Positions 39,877 through 49,653 of a stretch of 64,000 nucleotides of DNA are shown here, piece after piece. A program made the position numbers and the translations under genes. This stretch comes from Mycoplasmatota bacterium. Its GTDB lineage: Bacteria; Bacillota_I; Bacilli_A; RF39; UBA660. Every line of letters begins with the position of its first letter. Position 1 is the stretch's first letter. Below the pieces are notes generated by a model. The model ran no database searches, was not told the DNA's origin, and saw only the letters and a list, made by a program, of their open reading frames with translations. The stretch lies in contig JALFCF010000001.1 in assembly GCA_022771205.1 (NCBI GenBank), positions 130,663-194,662 of the forward strand. Reading direction: 5' to 3'.

Positions 39877-40419
39877 ATGCATATTATAAAACATTTTATG
39901 ACAATTACATCGCATAGAATTAAAGTTATGAATATGTGCTTTAAATGTGGACTATATTGGCGAGGAATTACTCATGACTTATCAAAATATTCTCTAACAG
40001 AGTTTATTGAAGGTGCTAAGTATTATGTAGGAATACATTCACCAATTTCAGAATGTAGAAAATTAACTGGTAAAAGTGAAGCTTGGTTACATCATAAAGG
40101 AAGAAATCCACATCACCCAGAATATTGGTTAGATAAAGACACCCCAATAATGATGCCTTATCAATATGTAGTAGAAAGTATTTGTGATCGTATAGCAGCA
40201 GGGAAAACTTATAAGAAAAAAGATTTTAATCAAACACACCCACTAAAATATTGGTACGCTAATCTAGGATTTACACCCATCCATAAACAAACAGCTGAAT
40301 TCTTTGAACATGTTTTAACAGATTTATCTATTCATGGAGAAAAATACATATTAAATAAAAAATATATGACAACAACATATAACAAGATTTGTGGAACACA
40401 AAAAAATAGAAAGAGGTAA
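39877..40419 (+). CDS. Hypothetical protein, possible HD-domain hydrolase
   Basis: H...HD ('ITHDLSKY') and later His-rich motifs. Weak. Confidence 0.3.
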   Translation: MHIIKHFMTITSHRIKVMNMCFKCGLYWRGITHDLSKYSLTEFIEGAKYYVGIHSPISECRKLTGKSEAWLHHKGRNPHHPEYWLDKDTPIMMPYQYVVESICDRIAAGKTYKKKDFNQTHPLKYWYANLGFTPIHKQTAEFFEHVLTDLSIHGEKYILNKKYMTTTYNKICGTQKNRKR

Positions 40420-40422
40420 CAG

Positions 40423-41052
40423 ATGTTAGAAGAATTATATGAAAAATATGATAAATTACAAAAAAAATATGGTGATAAATCCTTACATTCTATTTATTTT
40501 GGAGGAAAAAAAGAACATCCTAAAATATGTTTTGTATTTATGAATCCAACAGCTGGAAACATCGCAACAACAAAGGACTGGGATGGGCCAAGATACCCTT
40601 GGTTAGGAACTAAAAACATTTGGAAATTATTTAATCAAGTAGATTTAATAGATAAAGAAATATTTGACGAAATACAAGCCAAAAAAAGAAAAGACTGGAC
40701 CAAAGAATTCTGTGAAAAAGTATATAAGAATATAGAAGAACATGATATTTTTATTACTAATCTAGCAAAATGTACTCAAATAGACGCTAGACCATTAAAA
40801 GATGATTTTTATAAAGCCTATTTAAAGTTGTTTATGAAAGAGATGAGCATTGTAAAACCCGAAAAAATAGTCTTATTTGGAAATCAAGTATCATCTATTG
40901 TCTTAGGAGAAAAAATAAAAGTATCAGAAGTAAGAAAAAAGAAATTTGAAAAAGATGGCTTTGAATTTTATTCAGTTTTTTACCCAGTGGGCAACGGAAT
41001 ATTTAATATAGACAAATCAATTGAAGATATTCTATACATAAAAAGTAAATAA
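40423..41052 (+). CDS. Uracil-DNA glycosylase-superfamily-like protein
   Basis: 'FVFMNPTAGN' block resembles UDG-fold motif A. Weak. Confidence 0.3.
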   Translation: MLEELYEKYDKLQKKYGDKSLHSIYFGGKKEHPKICFVFMNPTAGNIATTKDWDGPRYPWLGTKNIWKLFNQVDLIDKEIFDEIQAKKRKDWTKEFCEKVYKNIEEHDIFITNLAKCTQIDARPLKDDFYKAYLKLFMKEMSIVKPEKIVLFGNQVSSIVLGEKIKVSEVRKKKFEKDGFEFYSVFYPVGNGIFNIDKSIEDILYIKSK

Positions 41053-41055
41053 TAA

Positions 41056-41865
41056 ATGAGCGTGAAAAAGATGAAGTTAGTAGACTTAAATGTAAGTATT
41101 AAAAAAGATAATAATGATGAAGTAATAAAATTCTTAAAAGATGCTAAAGCAGATATCATAACATTACAAGAAGTTATGCGAGGAATAGATAAAACAGTTT
41201 ATGATAGATATAACAATAGTAAAATAATAAAAGACAATTTACAAGAAGAGTGTCGATATAGTTTTTATGGTGCACTATGGGTATCAGATAAACATATAAA
41301 AAATGGTATGGTCACAAAAGATTTTGGTGGGTTAGCTGAACAAGGTAATGAGATTATTTCAAAATACCCTATTATAGAAGCCAGCAATAATTTCTTTTAT
41401 AAAAACTATCACATATTTAAAGATACGACAGATTTCAGAAAAACAGATCATGCAAGAGCTGTTCTTAATACAAAAGTAGAAATAGGAAATAAAAAACTGA
41501 GAATATTAAATATTCATGGGATTTGGAATGAAGGAAAAGTAGGGGATGAAAGAACAAAAAAACAATGCGAATATATTCTGTCACTAGTAGAAGATAATAA
41601 GGTGCCCACTATTGTAGTAGGCGACTTTAACTTACATCCGGAAAGTGAAAGCATTCAACTACTAAATAAAAAATTAACAAATTTAATAGAAAAATATAAT
41701 ATAAAAACAACACGTCCAACGGTAAAAGATGGACTTGATGTTGGAGATAGTGTAGATGATTATATATTCGTAAATGATAAAATAAAAGTAAATAGTTTTG
41801 AAGTAAAACAAAAAAAAGTATCAGATCATTACCCACTCATACTAGATTTTGAGATAATTGATTAA
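41056..41865 (+). CDS. Endonuclease/exonuclease/phosphatase (EEP) family protein
   Basis: 'ADIITLQEV', 'NIHG', 'GDFN', 'SDHYPL' EEP motifs. Confidence 0.7.
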   Translation: MSVKKMKLVDLNVSIKKDNNDEVIKFLKDAKADIITLQEVMRGIDKTVYDRYNNSKIIKDNLQEECRYSFYGALWVSDKHIKNGMVTKDFGGLAEQGNEIISKYPIIEASNNFFYKNYHIFKDTTDFRKTDHARAVLNTKVEIGNKKLRILNIHGIWNEGKVGDERTKKQCEYILSLVEDNKVPTIVVGDFNLHPESESIQLLNKKLTNLIEKYNIKTTRPTVKDGLDVGDSVDDYIFVNDKIKVNSFEVKQKKVSDHYPLILDFEIID

Positions 41866-41905
41866 ATCTATGATATAATAATACTGTAAAGAAGGAGGAA
41901 ACTAA

Positions 41906-42880
41906 ATGAACGAAAACTTGATGAACAATGAACCTTTTGATATAAAAAAGAAACGTATAAGTATTTTAGAAAACTATGGAGAAAACTTTCAAAATAAAGA
42001 TTATATAACAAATCCTGCAATTGGTCGTGATGAGCAAATAAAACAATTAATTTTAATTTTATTAACTCCAGATAAATCTGCGGTATTAGTTGGTAAACCT
42101 GGTGTTGGTAAAACTGCAACTGTAGAGGGATTAGCCTATAGAATACAAAAAGGATTGGTACCAGATGTATTAAAAGGATATCAAGTAATAAAAGTAAATA
42201 CATCAGCATTGCTTGGTGTAGACCCTGTAACTGGAGAAGCAAAAATTCAAACATTAATTGATGAAATTAAAACAAAGTCTAAACTAATTTTATTTATAGA
42301 TGAAATTCATACGCTAATGGGAACTAAAGGAGAAGCTCTAGACTTTGCAAATATGTTTAAGCCAGCATTAGACCGTGGTGATATTAAAGTTATCGGTGCC
42401 ACAACAACAGAAGAGTATGAAAGATATATTTTACGTGATAAGGCTTTCGTTAGACGTTTCCAAAAAGTAGAAGTAGCAGAACCAACAAGAGAGGAAAATG
42501 TTCAAATATTAATTGGAACATTACCAAAAATTGAAAAAAGAACGGGAGCTAAAATGTTATATACACCATTTATTCAAAGAAAAATGATGGAGTTTATTAC
42601 AGATATAACTAGTGAATATAAAAGAATATATGAAATAGGTTCACGTTATCCAGATGTATCGTTGACTATGGTACAACAAGCATTTTCAAATGCTTTATTT
42701 GATAACAGAACTGAAGTAAATGTATTAGATTTTAGAAAAGCTATTGAAACAAGTAAAAATATATATCAAGATGTAATTAATAAGGCTTTACCAGAATTCG
42801 ATAGAATATTTAAAGAAGAATTAGCAGCATGCCAAAGCTCAAGAAATATTTATGCAAACTTAGATACCTTAGGAGAATAA
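41906..42880 (+). CDS. AAA+ ATPase of the Clp/Hsp100 type (single nucleotide-binding domain)
   Basis: Walker A 'GKPGVGKTA', Walker B 'ILFIDEIH'. Confidence 0.6.
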   Translation: MNENLMNNEPFDIKKKRISILENYGENFQNKDYITNPAIGRDEQIKQLILILLTPDKSAVLVGKPGVGKTATVEGLAYRIQKGLVPDVLKGYQVIKVNTSALLGVDPVTGEAKIQTLIDEIKTKSKLILFIDEIHTLMGTKGEALDFANMFKPALDRGDIKVIGATTTEEYERYILRDKAFVRRFQKVEVAEPTREENVQILIGTLPKIEKRTGAKMLYTPFIQRKMMEFITDITSEYKRIYEIGSRYPDVSLTMVQQAFSNALFDNRTEVNVLDFRKAIETSKNIYQDVINKALPEFDRIFKEELAACQSSRNIYANLDTLGE

Positions 42881-42964
42881 GGCATCTTTTTTTTGCGATT
42901 TGCAGAGAAAGTATAATTTTGTTATAATAAGTATAGAATGAATAATAGGAAGGAGACAAATTCA

Positions 42965-43125
42965 TTTAAGCGCCTGGACTTTAACAGTTGACGAGGACAG
43001 TAGTGATCGAAAGATTCGGCGGATGCTACTGCGGGGAAAAGTGCTTCGTTAGATATATAGCAAAAAGTAAAATTAACATTACAACAATATATATATCACC
43101 ACATATATTTTTAGCATGGAGGAAA
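42965..43125 (+). ncRNA. glmS ribozyme: glmS ribozyme (GlcN6P-responsive self-cleaving riboswitch)
   Basis: Core 'AGCGCC...GACGAGGA...CGAAAGAUUCGGCGGAUGC...' matches the glmS ribozyme consensus and sits directly 5' of glmS. Confidence 0.8.
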
Positions 43126-43131
43126 ATAATT

Positions 43132-44904
43132 ATGTGTGGAATTATTGGATATATAGGAAAAGAAAGTCCAATAGAAATTTTAATAAATGGATTAAAAAGT
43201 CTTGAATATAGAGGATACGATTCAGCAGGAATTGCTTTAAAAAACAAAGATGAAATAGAAGTTATTAAAAGTGTCGGAAAAATAGTAAATTTAGAAGAAA
43301 AAGTAAAATGTAGAGAGCTAATACCAAGTCATTTAGGAATTGCTCATACAAGGTGGGCAACACATGGAAAGCCAAGTGAAGAAAATGCTCATCCTCATAC
43401 TGTAGGAAAAGTTACTTTAGTACATAATGGTATTATTGAAAATGCTGAAGAGCTAAGAGAAAAACTAAAAAAAGAAGGAGTAACTTTTAACAGTGAAACA
43501 GATACAGAAGTAGTAGCAGCTTTAATTAATAAGTATTATGAAAATAACCAAGTAGAAGCTATTGATAAAGCTCTAAAAGAAATAAAAGGGTCATATGCTT
43601 TAGGAGTGCTTTTCCAAGGTAGTGATTGTCTATATGCAGTAAGAAAAGATTCACCATTAATTGTAGGATTAGGAGAAGATGAAAACTTTATTGCTAGCGA
43701 CATAGCAGCAATCATAGATTATACTAATAAATATTTCTTACTAGAAGAAAATGAAATTGCTAAAATTTCAAAAGATAAAGTAGAAATAACAAAAGATGGA
43801 GAAAAAGTAGCAAAACAGCTTCAAACAACTAATATGGAGAAAGATGCCAAAGATAAATGTGGTTATGATCATTACATGTTAAAAGAAATAATGGAAGAAC
43901 CAGTAGTACTTGAAAAAACATTTAAACCATATTTAGAAGATTTAGATAAATTACCAGATTTAACAAAATATGAAGAAATACATGTAGTAGCTTGTGGTTC
44001 TGCTATGTATGCTGGGATGATTGGAAAAACATTACTAGAAGAATATGCTAATACAAAAGTAGAAATAGATGTTGCTAGTGAATATCGTTATAAAAATGTT
44101 ATTTATGATAGAAAGACACTAGTAATACTAATTTCACAATCTGGTGAAACAGCAGACACCATTGCTGCTATGAGAAAAGCAAAAGAAAATAATGTAGAAA
44201 CTCTAGCTATTGTTAACGTAAAAACATCAACTATTGCTAGAGAAAGTGATAAACAAATATTCATAGAAGCAGGTCCAGAAATTGCAGTCGCAACTACAAA
44301 AGCTTACATCTTACAAGTTGGTATTATGGCATTACTTGCTTATAAAACTGCCTTAACTAAAGGATTGGTAAAAGAAAATGATAAAGTATTAGAAGAAGCA
44401 GAAAAACTACCAAGACTAATTAAAGAAGTATTAGATAGACGAGATGAATATAAAAAAGTTGCTAAAGAAATTTATAATAAAGAAGATATTTTCTTTATAG
44501 GAAGAAAAATAGATTATGCAACATCCATGGAAGGCAGTCTAAAACTAAAAGAAGTATCATACATCCATAGTGAAGCCTACCAAGCAGGAGAATTAAAACA
44601 TGGAACAATCTCTTTAGTAGAAGAAGGTATGCCAGTATTCGCAATTGTAACAGATGATACTATAAAAGATAAAACAGTATCTAATATTGAAGAAGTGAAA
44701 TCACGTGGAGCAAAAACAATTATTATCAGTAATGAAAAATGGCAAACAGAAGACTTACAAGTTACAGTACCAAAAATAAGTCCATATTTTCAACCAATCT
44801 TAATTGTACCAACACTACAACTAATTGCTTATGAAACAGCTAAGTTAAGAGGTTGTGATATAGATAAACCAAAAAATCTAGCTAAAAGTGTAACAGTAGA
44901 ATAA
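43132..44904 (+). CDS. glmS: Glutamine--fructose-6-phosphate aminotransferase
   Basis: N-terminal 'MCGIIGYIG' Ntn-amidotransferase, two SIS domains. The track start at 42988 runs into the ribozyme and is spurious. Confidence 0.9.
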   Translation: MCGIIGYIGKESPIEILINGLKSLEYRGYDSAGIALKNKDEIEVIKSVGKIVNLEEKVKCRELIPSHLGIAHTRWATHGKPSEENAHPHTVGKVTLVHNGIIENAEELREKLKKEGVTFNSETDTEVVAALINKYYENNQVEAIDKALKEIKGSYALGVLFQGSDCLYAVRKDSPLIVGLGEDENFIASDIAAIIDYTNKYFLLEENEIAKISKDKVEITKDGEKVAKQLQTTNMEKDAKDKCGYDHYMLKEIMEEPVVLEKTFKPYLEDLDKLPDLTKYEEIHVVACGSAMYAGMIGKTLLEEYANTKVEIDVASEYRYKNVIYDRKTLVILISQSGETADTIAAMRKAKENNVETLAIVNVKTSTIARESDKQIFIEAGPEIAVATTKAYILQVGIMALLAYKTALTKGLVKENDKVLEEAEKLPRLIKEVLDRRDEYKKVAKEIYNKEDIFFIGRKIDYATSMEGSLKLKEVSYIHSEAYQAGELKHGTISLVEEGMPVFAIVTDDTIKDKTVSNIEEVKSRGAKTIIISNEKWQTEDLQVTVPKISPYFQPILIVPTLQLIAYETAKLRGCDIDKPKNLAKSVTVE

Positions 44905-45053
44905 TTGACAAATAAAAAGAAATTAGAATTAGTATCTAATAATATTCAACTAACTTTAAATACTAATAATTTTACTACATCTATAAAATATAGCAAAAAT
45001 AAAATTAAGGGATTTTGTAGACAATATAGACTATATGATATACCAAAAGCAAA

Positions 45054-45085
45054 ATAGAAACTAGTTCACTAGTTTCTATTTTTTA
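45054..45085. terminator. Bidirectional terminator hairpin (atagaaactag-ttca-ctagtttctat + T-run)
   Basis: Seen in sequence, between glmS and cotJC. Confidence 0.55.
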
Positions 45086-45639
45086 TATAATTCTTTTTGA
45101 TAAGTTTCGAATAATTCTTTAAAACGAGCATAATGAACAATCTCTCTTTGACGTAACCAAAGTAGTGGACCAATTACATCAGGATCATTTGTTAAATCAA
45201 TTAAGTTTTCATAAACTGCTCTAGCTTTTTGTTCTGCTGCCATATCTTCAGCTAAGTCAGCTAAAGGATCTCCTGTAGTGGCAAAGTATGCTGCTGTAAA
45301 TGGAACCCCATTCGCATCAGTAGGAAATAAAGCATTACCATGTTCAGCAAAATTACTACCTAAACCAGCTTGCTTCATCTCATCAGCAGTAGCTCCTTTA
45401 GTTAATTGATAAATCATAGTAGAAATCATTTCAACATGACCAAGTTCTTCCGTACCAATGTCAGTAAGTAAAGCTCTACCACGATTATCAGGCATAGTGT
45501 AACGCTGATTTAAATAACGAATAGCAGCAGCAAGTTCTCCATTAGAACCACCATATTGAGTAACTAAATACTTAGCCATATTTAAATCTTTCTTTTTAAT
45601 ATTAATAGGATACTGTAATCTTTTAGAATATCTAAACAT
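45076..45639 (-). CDS. cotJC: Spore coat protein CotJC (manganese-catalase family)
   Basis: 'TDIGTEELGHVEMI' and overall CotJC similarity. Confidence 0.8.
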   Translation of the reverse strand: MFRYSKRLQYPINIKKKDLNMAKYLVTQYGGSNGELAAAIRYLNQRYTMPDNRGRALLTDIGTEELGHVEMISTMIYQLTKGATADEMKQAGLGSNFAEHGNALFPTDANGVPFTAAYFATTGDPLADLAEDMAAEQKARAVYENLIDLTNDPDVIGPLLWLRQREIVHYARFKELFETYQKELYKK

Positions 45640-46090
45640 TAGGCTTTACCTCCCATGGCCATATATCTTTTTCCCATAAAAAAGGATTTTGATTTAATAT
45701 ATTACTAGAAATAAGTAAAGGTCCAAACTTCTCATCATATTGTTTTACTAATTGATTATACTTTTCACGATAATCATTAAATAAAGCAAGCATAGAACTA
45801 TCATCAGGATGTAAATCTAAATAAAGATTAATCTCATGAGCCGCAAAATCCATTCTTGCAAGTTCACGAATTAAAGATTCACGTTCATTATTCGCAGAAA
45901 TAGTTGCTGGCTTATAATTCTTATATGGTTGATATAAATTAGAAAACATATTACCATTATCAAGACCAATAGCTGGAGTAAATAAAGAAGGAACAGTAGC
46001 ATTTCTATACAAATCTTGTTGATTAATCATAGTAGAGTTAGAATACATAGAATTATTCATAAATGGATAAACATAATTTTGGTTAAACAT
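45632..46090 (-). CDS. cotJAB: Spore coat proteins CotJA and CotJB in one continuous reading frame
   Basis: CotJA motif '...PAIGLDNGNMFSNLYQPY' and CotJB motif 'RESLIRELARMDFAAHEINLYLDLHP'. Start ATG 46090 follows 'aggaga'. The further upstream extension in the track overlaps the tRNA and is spurious. Confidence 0.6.
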   Translation of the reverse strand: MFNQNYVYPFMNNSMYSNSTMINQQDLYRNATVPSLFTPAIGLDNGNMFSNLYQPYKNYKPATISANNERESLIRELARMDFAAHEINLYLDLHPDDSSMLALFNDYREKYNQLVKQYDEKFGPLLISSNILNQNPFLWEKDIWPWEVKPNV

Positions 46091-46225
46091 AATATCTCCT
46101 TTCGCTTTAATGTATTCTAAAAAAATAAAAGAGTATAGACTAAAGCCCATAAAAAATGACAAATACACAAAAAAGACTTGCAAAAACCAAAAAGTCTTGA
46201 TAAAATAAGTATGTATTTCTGACAT

Positions 46226-46302
46226 GGCGGCGTTGGTGAAGTGGTTAACACGCTGGTTTGTGGCACCAGTATGCATGAGTTCGATTCTCATACGCCGCCC
46301 CA
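46226..46302 (+). tRNA. trnH: tRNA-His (anticodon GUG), with the extra G-1 base and encoded CCA
   Basis: 8-bp acceptor stem including G-1:C73. Anticodon loop cttGTGgc. T-arm atgag-TTCGATT-ctcat. CCA at 46300-46302. Confidence 0.85.
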
Positions 46303-46314
46303 TATTGGAATATA

Positions 46315-46343
46315 AAATCGATTCACAGGAATCGATTTTTTTG
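46315..46343 (+). terminator. Rho-independent terminator after tRNA-His (aaatcgattc-acag-gaatcgattt + T-run)
   Basis: Seen in sequence. Confidence 0.6.
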
Positions 46344-46391
46344 TTTTGTAAACGAATAATTTTAAATATCATACAATATATAAAAGATATA

Positions 46392-47230
46392 ATGAAGGTT
46401 TTATATCTTATGTATTGTAATAAAAATAATGAATATAATAATCCTTATATGAAAATATATTCTTTTATAGGACCAACCAGTGCAACAGGACCCACAGGTG
46501 CAACAGGTCCTACGGGAAGTATACAGCCTAATCCATATGATTTATATGTAGAATCTTCCGCAGCTCATGTTGAGATGGAACAGAGTTTGCTCCATTTCAA
46601 ACCATAGAAGAAGCCCTAGCCGTAGCTAGACCGAATAGTACTATCAATGTCTTACCTGGAACTTATCCAGTTACTAATCAAATAGCTTTAAATATACCAG
46701 GCTTAATTTTAAAAGGACGAGCAGGGTCAACCATCTTACTTCAAGCTCCAATAGTACCATTTTTATGTAGTGGTGGGAATGTTACTATTGATGGCCTAAC
46801 CATGACTAGTGATAATCCATATCCTGTTGAATTTATACAAGTTGCTGGAGATGGAAATCAAATTTTAAATTGTCAAATTTATGGCCCAAACCAAGCAGGG
46901 GACTCTTCAACATGGGTAGTAAATAGAGGATTTGTAACACAAGGAAATACAACAAATTTATTAGTACGAAACAATATTTTTCATACTCTGCGACAACCAG
47001 CATACTTAAATCCTAATTCTACTGGAACAATTATGGATAATGTTGTATATAACACTCGTGGTTATGTAGTAGATCAAGCAATATTCTTATTCTCAGGAAA
47101 CTCTTGGGGAATTCCAGAAAATGCTGTAGACATAGCTTTACTTGCAGGAACTACAACAGGAGCACCATATGATCCACTTACTGCCTTACAAGCTAGCAAC
47201 AGTTCAGCAACTATTAGTGACCAACGATAA
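46392..47230 (+). pseudogene. BclA-like collagen-repeat (GPT/GAT triplets) + C-terminal beta-helix-like domain protein, split by a -1 frameshift near 46572
   Basis: N-terminal frame reads '...IGPTSATGPTGATGPTGPTG...HVEMEQ..*' (stop 46605). The C-terminal domain is open in the -1 frame from 46574 ('DGTEFAPFQTIEEALAVARPNSTINVLPGTY...') to 47230. Confidence 0.5.
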
Positions 47231-47370
47231 AAATATTAATATCCAATATAAATCTAGGAAAAATCCTAGTTTTTTTGTTTTTATAATAAATTAGTGCTAT
47301 AATTTTCTTGTAGTAGAAATGGAAAAATTTGGTATTCTTAAACTAACAAAAGAAGGAGTGTTTTGTTTTA

Positions 47371-47571
47371 ATGAAGTTTGGAATGAGAAAACCAAGTTTA
47401 ATGAAAAGTGTTAAGGCAAGAACAACAGGAAAAATAAAACGTAAAATAAAATCGTCGGTTAATCCATTGTATGGGAAAAAAGGAATAGGATTAATAACTA
47501 ATCCTAAAAAAGCTATTTATAATAAGGTTTATAAAAAAACTACTTTTAGTTTTTTTGACTTATTTAAGTAG
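47371..47571 (+). CDS. Small lysine-rich basic protein
   Basis: 66-aa ORF. No motif recognised. Confidence 0.3.
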   Translation: MKFGMRKPSLMKSVKARTTGKIKRKIKSSVNPLYGKKGIGLITNPKKAIYNKVYKKTTFSFFDLFK

Positions 47572-47600
47572 AAGCGTTTTATTTTTGGAGGTAAGTAAAA

Positions 47601-48470
47601 ATGAAGTTAAAAATTTTAGGTATATTTGTATTATGTCTCTTGCTAATAACACCGAATGAAGTAAGTGCCCACCCAGGAAGAACAGATGCTAATGGGTGTC
47701 ATTATTGTAGAACTAATTGTGAACAATGGGGATTAAGTTATGGAGAGTACCATTGTCACAATGGTAGTGGAAGTTCTAGCTCTAGCTCTAGTTCATCTAA
47801 TCAAAATAATTCAATAAGTACATACAATTATAATAATTCATCATCTAATTCTAACAGTTCTTATACACAACCAGAACCACCAAAAAGTAGTGATAATACC
47901 TTAAAATCTGTTGTAGTAGATGGAAATAATCTTACTGTAGCAGATCAAATGCAATATGAAACAAATAAAGAAAGAGTAGAAATTGAAGTAGAAACCAATG
48001 ATGATAAAGCAACAGAAACTATTAATAATAAAGATTTAGTAATCGGAGAAAACAATATCTCTATAGTAGTAAAAGCAGAAAATGGAGCAGAAAAAGAGTA
48101 TGCAATAATGATAAAAAGATTAAGTAATAATGCCAATATTAAAATTATCATTAATAATGAAGAAGTAGAATTTATCAATAAAAAAGCAAATATAGATGTA
48201 TCATCAGATACTACTAATTTAAAATATAAATATGAACTTGAAGATGAAAAATCTAAAGTTAAAATAACTGGAGATAAAAACTTAAAATATGGTAATAATA
48301 TTGTCAAGTTTATAGTAACAGCAGAAGATGGAACAAAAGCAGAATATGAAATAACAGTTGATAAAGCTACTAAAGTAGAAGAAACTGCAGAAACAGTAAC
48401 GGGTATGGGTGTAATAGGCGGTATTGGTTATGGTATTTATCGTTTAGTTAAAAAAAGAAAAAAGGCATAA
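47601..48470 (+). CDS. Cell-surface protein: signal peptide, Cys/His-rich module, Ser-rich linker, two cadherin-like beta-sandwich domains, C-terminal TM anchor
   Basis: 'KFIVTAEDGTKAEYEITV' cadherin-like (PF12733-type) repeats. 'HPGRTDANGCHYC...YHCH' module. Confidence 0.5.
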   Translation: MKLKILGIFVLCLLLITPNEVSAHPGRTDANGCHYCRTNCEQWGLSYGEYHCHNGSGSSSSSSSSSNQNNSISTYNYNNSSSNSNSSYTQPEPPKSSDNTLKSVVVDGNNLTVADQMQYETNKERVEIEVETNDDKATETINNKDLVIGENNISIVVKAENGAEKEYAIMIKRLSNNANIKIIINNEEVEFINKKANIDVSSDTTNLKYKYELEDEKSKVKITGDKNLKYGNNIVKFIVTAEDGTKAEYEITVDKATKVEETAETVTGMGVIGGIGYGIYRLVKKRKKA

Positions 48471-48531
48471 TAAATCAAAATTAACTAGGATAACATCCTA
48501 GTTTTTTTGTTATAATAAAATTGGTGATTAC

Positions 48532-48885
48532 ATGACTCTAAAAGAATTAGAAAAAGCTTTATTAAATTCATATGAAAAAGAACTTTGCTATGAAACAGTT
48601 CGTGAAAATTGGACAGAAGAAAATAAAACACTAGGTATGTGTGCAATAACTTCGCTAATCGTAAATGATTATTTTAAAGGAGAAATTGCTAAAATAAAAG
48701 TAGATGGAATTAGTCATTATTTTAATATTATAAATGATAGTATAGTAGATTTAACTGCTTCTCAATTTAATAAAAAAATAGATTATAAAGATTATAAAAT
48801 AATAAATAGAGAAGCCATGTTAACAGACGATACCAATAATAGATATAAAAAATTAAAAGAAAAAGTAACAAAAAAAATAAAATAG
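48532..48885 (+). CDS. Hypothetical protein
   Basis: ORF only. Confidence 0.3.
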   Translation: MTLKELEKALLNSYEKELCYETVRENWTEENKTLGMCAITSLIVNDYFKGEIAKIKVDGISHYFNIINDSIVDLTASQFNKKIDYKDYKIINREAMLTDDTNNRYKKLKEKVTKKIK

Positions 48886-48894
48886 GAGAGTATT

Positions 48895-49548
48895 ATGCCA
48901 AGCCACAAAATACATTTAGCAATTGCTAAAATAGTAAATGAAAAAATAAATAAAGATTTAGATTCACTTATGATAGGAAGTGTATTACCAGATTTAACAA
49001 TCTCTAGAAATCATGATATATCTCATTATCAAGAACAAGGAACCTATGATAGTGAATTAGCAAATCCAGACAAGTTTATAGAAGACTATAAAACTCAATT
49101 GGATAACCCAGTAATGATAGGATACCTTATACATCTTTTAACTGATAGATTTTATAATGATTATTTTTTCAAGAATCATTGTCTATTAAATGAAAAAGGA
49201 ATACCTCATGCTGTAAAGTTAAAGAATGGTAAAATTTCAGAAAACATAAAAAAATATAAGCAAAGCGACTTCAATAAATATGATAAATGGTTATTAAAAC
49301 ATAAATACATTACAAAATTTGAAAGCTATAACTGTCTAAATAATGTTTCAAATTTAAAAGTAGCGAGCTTTGATAAAACTTTTTTACAAGAATACATTAA
49401 AAAAACAAATTTAGAAAGTGATAGTCCTAGTAAATATAGAATAAATAGTTTTTGGTTCTATAAAGTTCTAAATAAAAAAGAGTTAGATAAAGTGCTTGAA
49501 GATTGTATAGAATATATTGAAGCATATTTAAAGAAACACATAAGATAG
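48895..49548 (+). CDS. Putative metal-dependent hydrolase (zinc phospholipase-C-like fold?)
   Basis: His/Asp-rich motifs 'HKIHLAIA', 'LPDL', 'HLLTDRFYNDYF'. Weak. Confidence 0.3.
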   Translation: MPSHKIHLAIAKIVNEKINKDLDSLMIGSVLPDLTISRNHDISHYQEQGTYDSELANPDKFIEDYKTQLDNPVMIGYLIHLLTDRFYNDYFFKNHCLLNEKGIPHAVKLKNGKISENIKKYKQSDFNKYDKWLLKHKYITKFESYNCLNNVSNLKVASFDKTFLQEYIKKTNLESDSPSKYRINSFWFYKVLNKKELDKVLEDCIEYIEAYLKKHIR

Positions 49549-49653
49549 ATGTTATCTATCTTTTTTTATTCCACTCAAAAATAGAACCAAATCAGTATAA
49601 ATAAAATGATTCTTTTTTTAATACCTCAATATATTATAGTGGAGGTGAAAAAA

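Noticed and set aside
42988-43131. Long N-terminal extension of glmS in the ORF track
   Set aside because: It overlaps the glmS ribozyme. The canonical MCGIIGY start at 43132 has its own RBS.
46224-46607. Tracked 127-aa ORF starting at 46224
   Set aside because: Its 5' part is simply the tRNA-His gene (46226-46302) and terminator read as protein. Only the portion from about 46392/46449 (the collagen-like N-terminus) is plausible coding.
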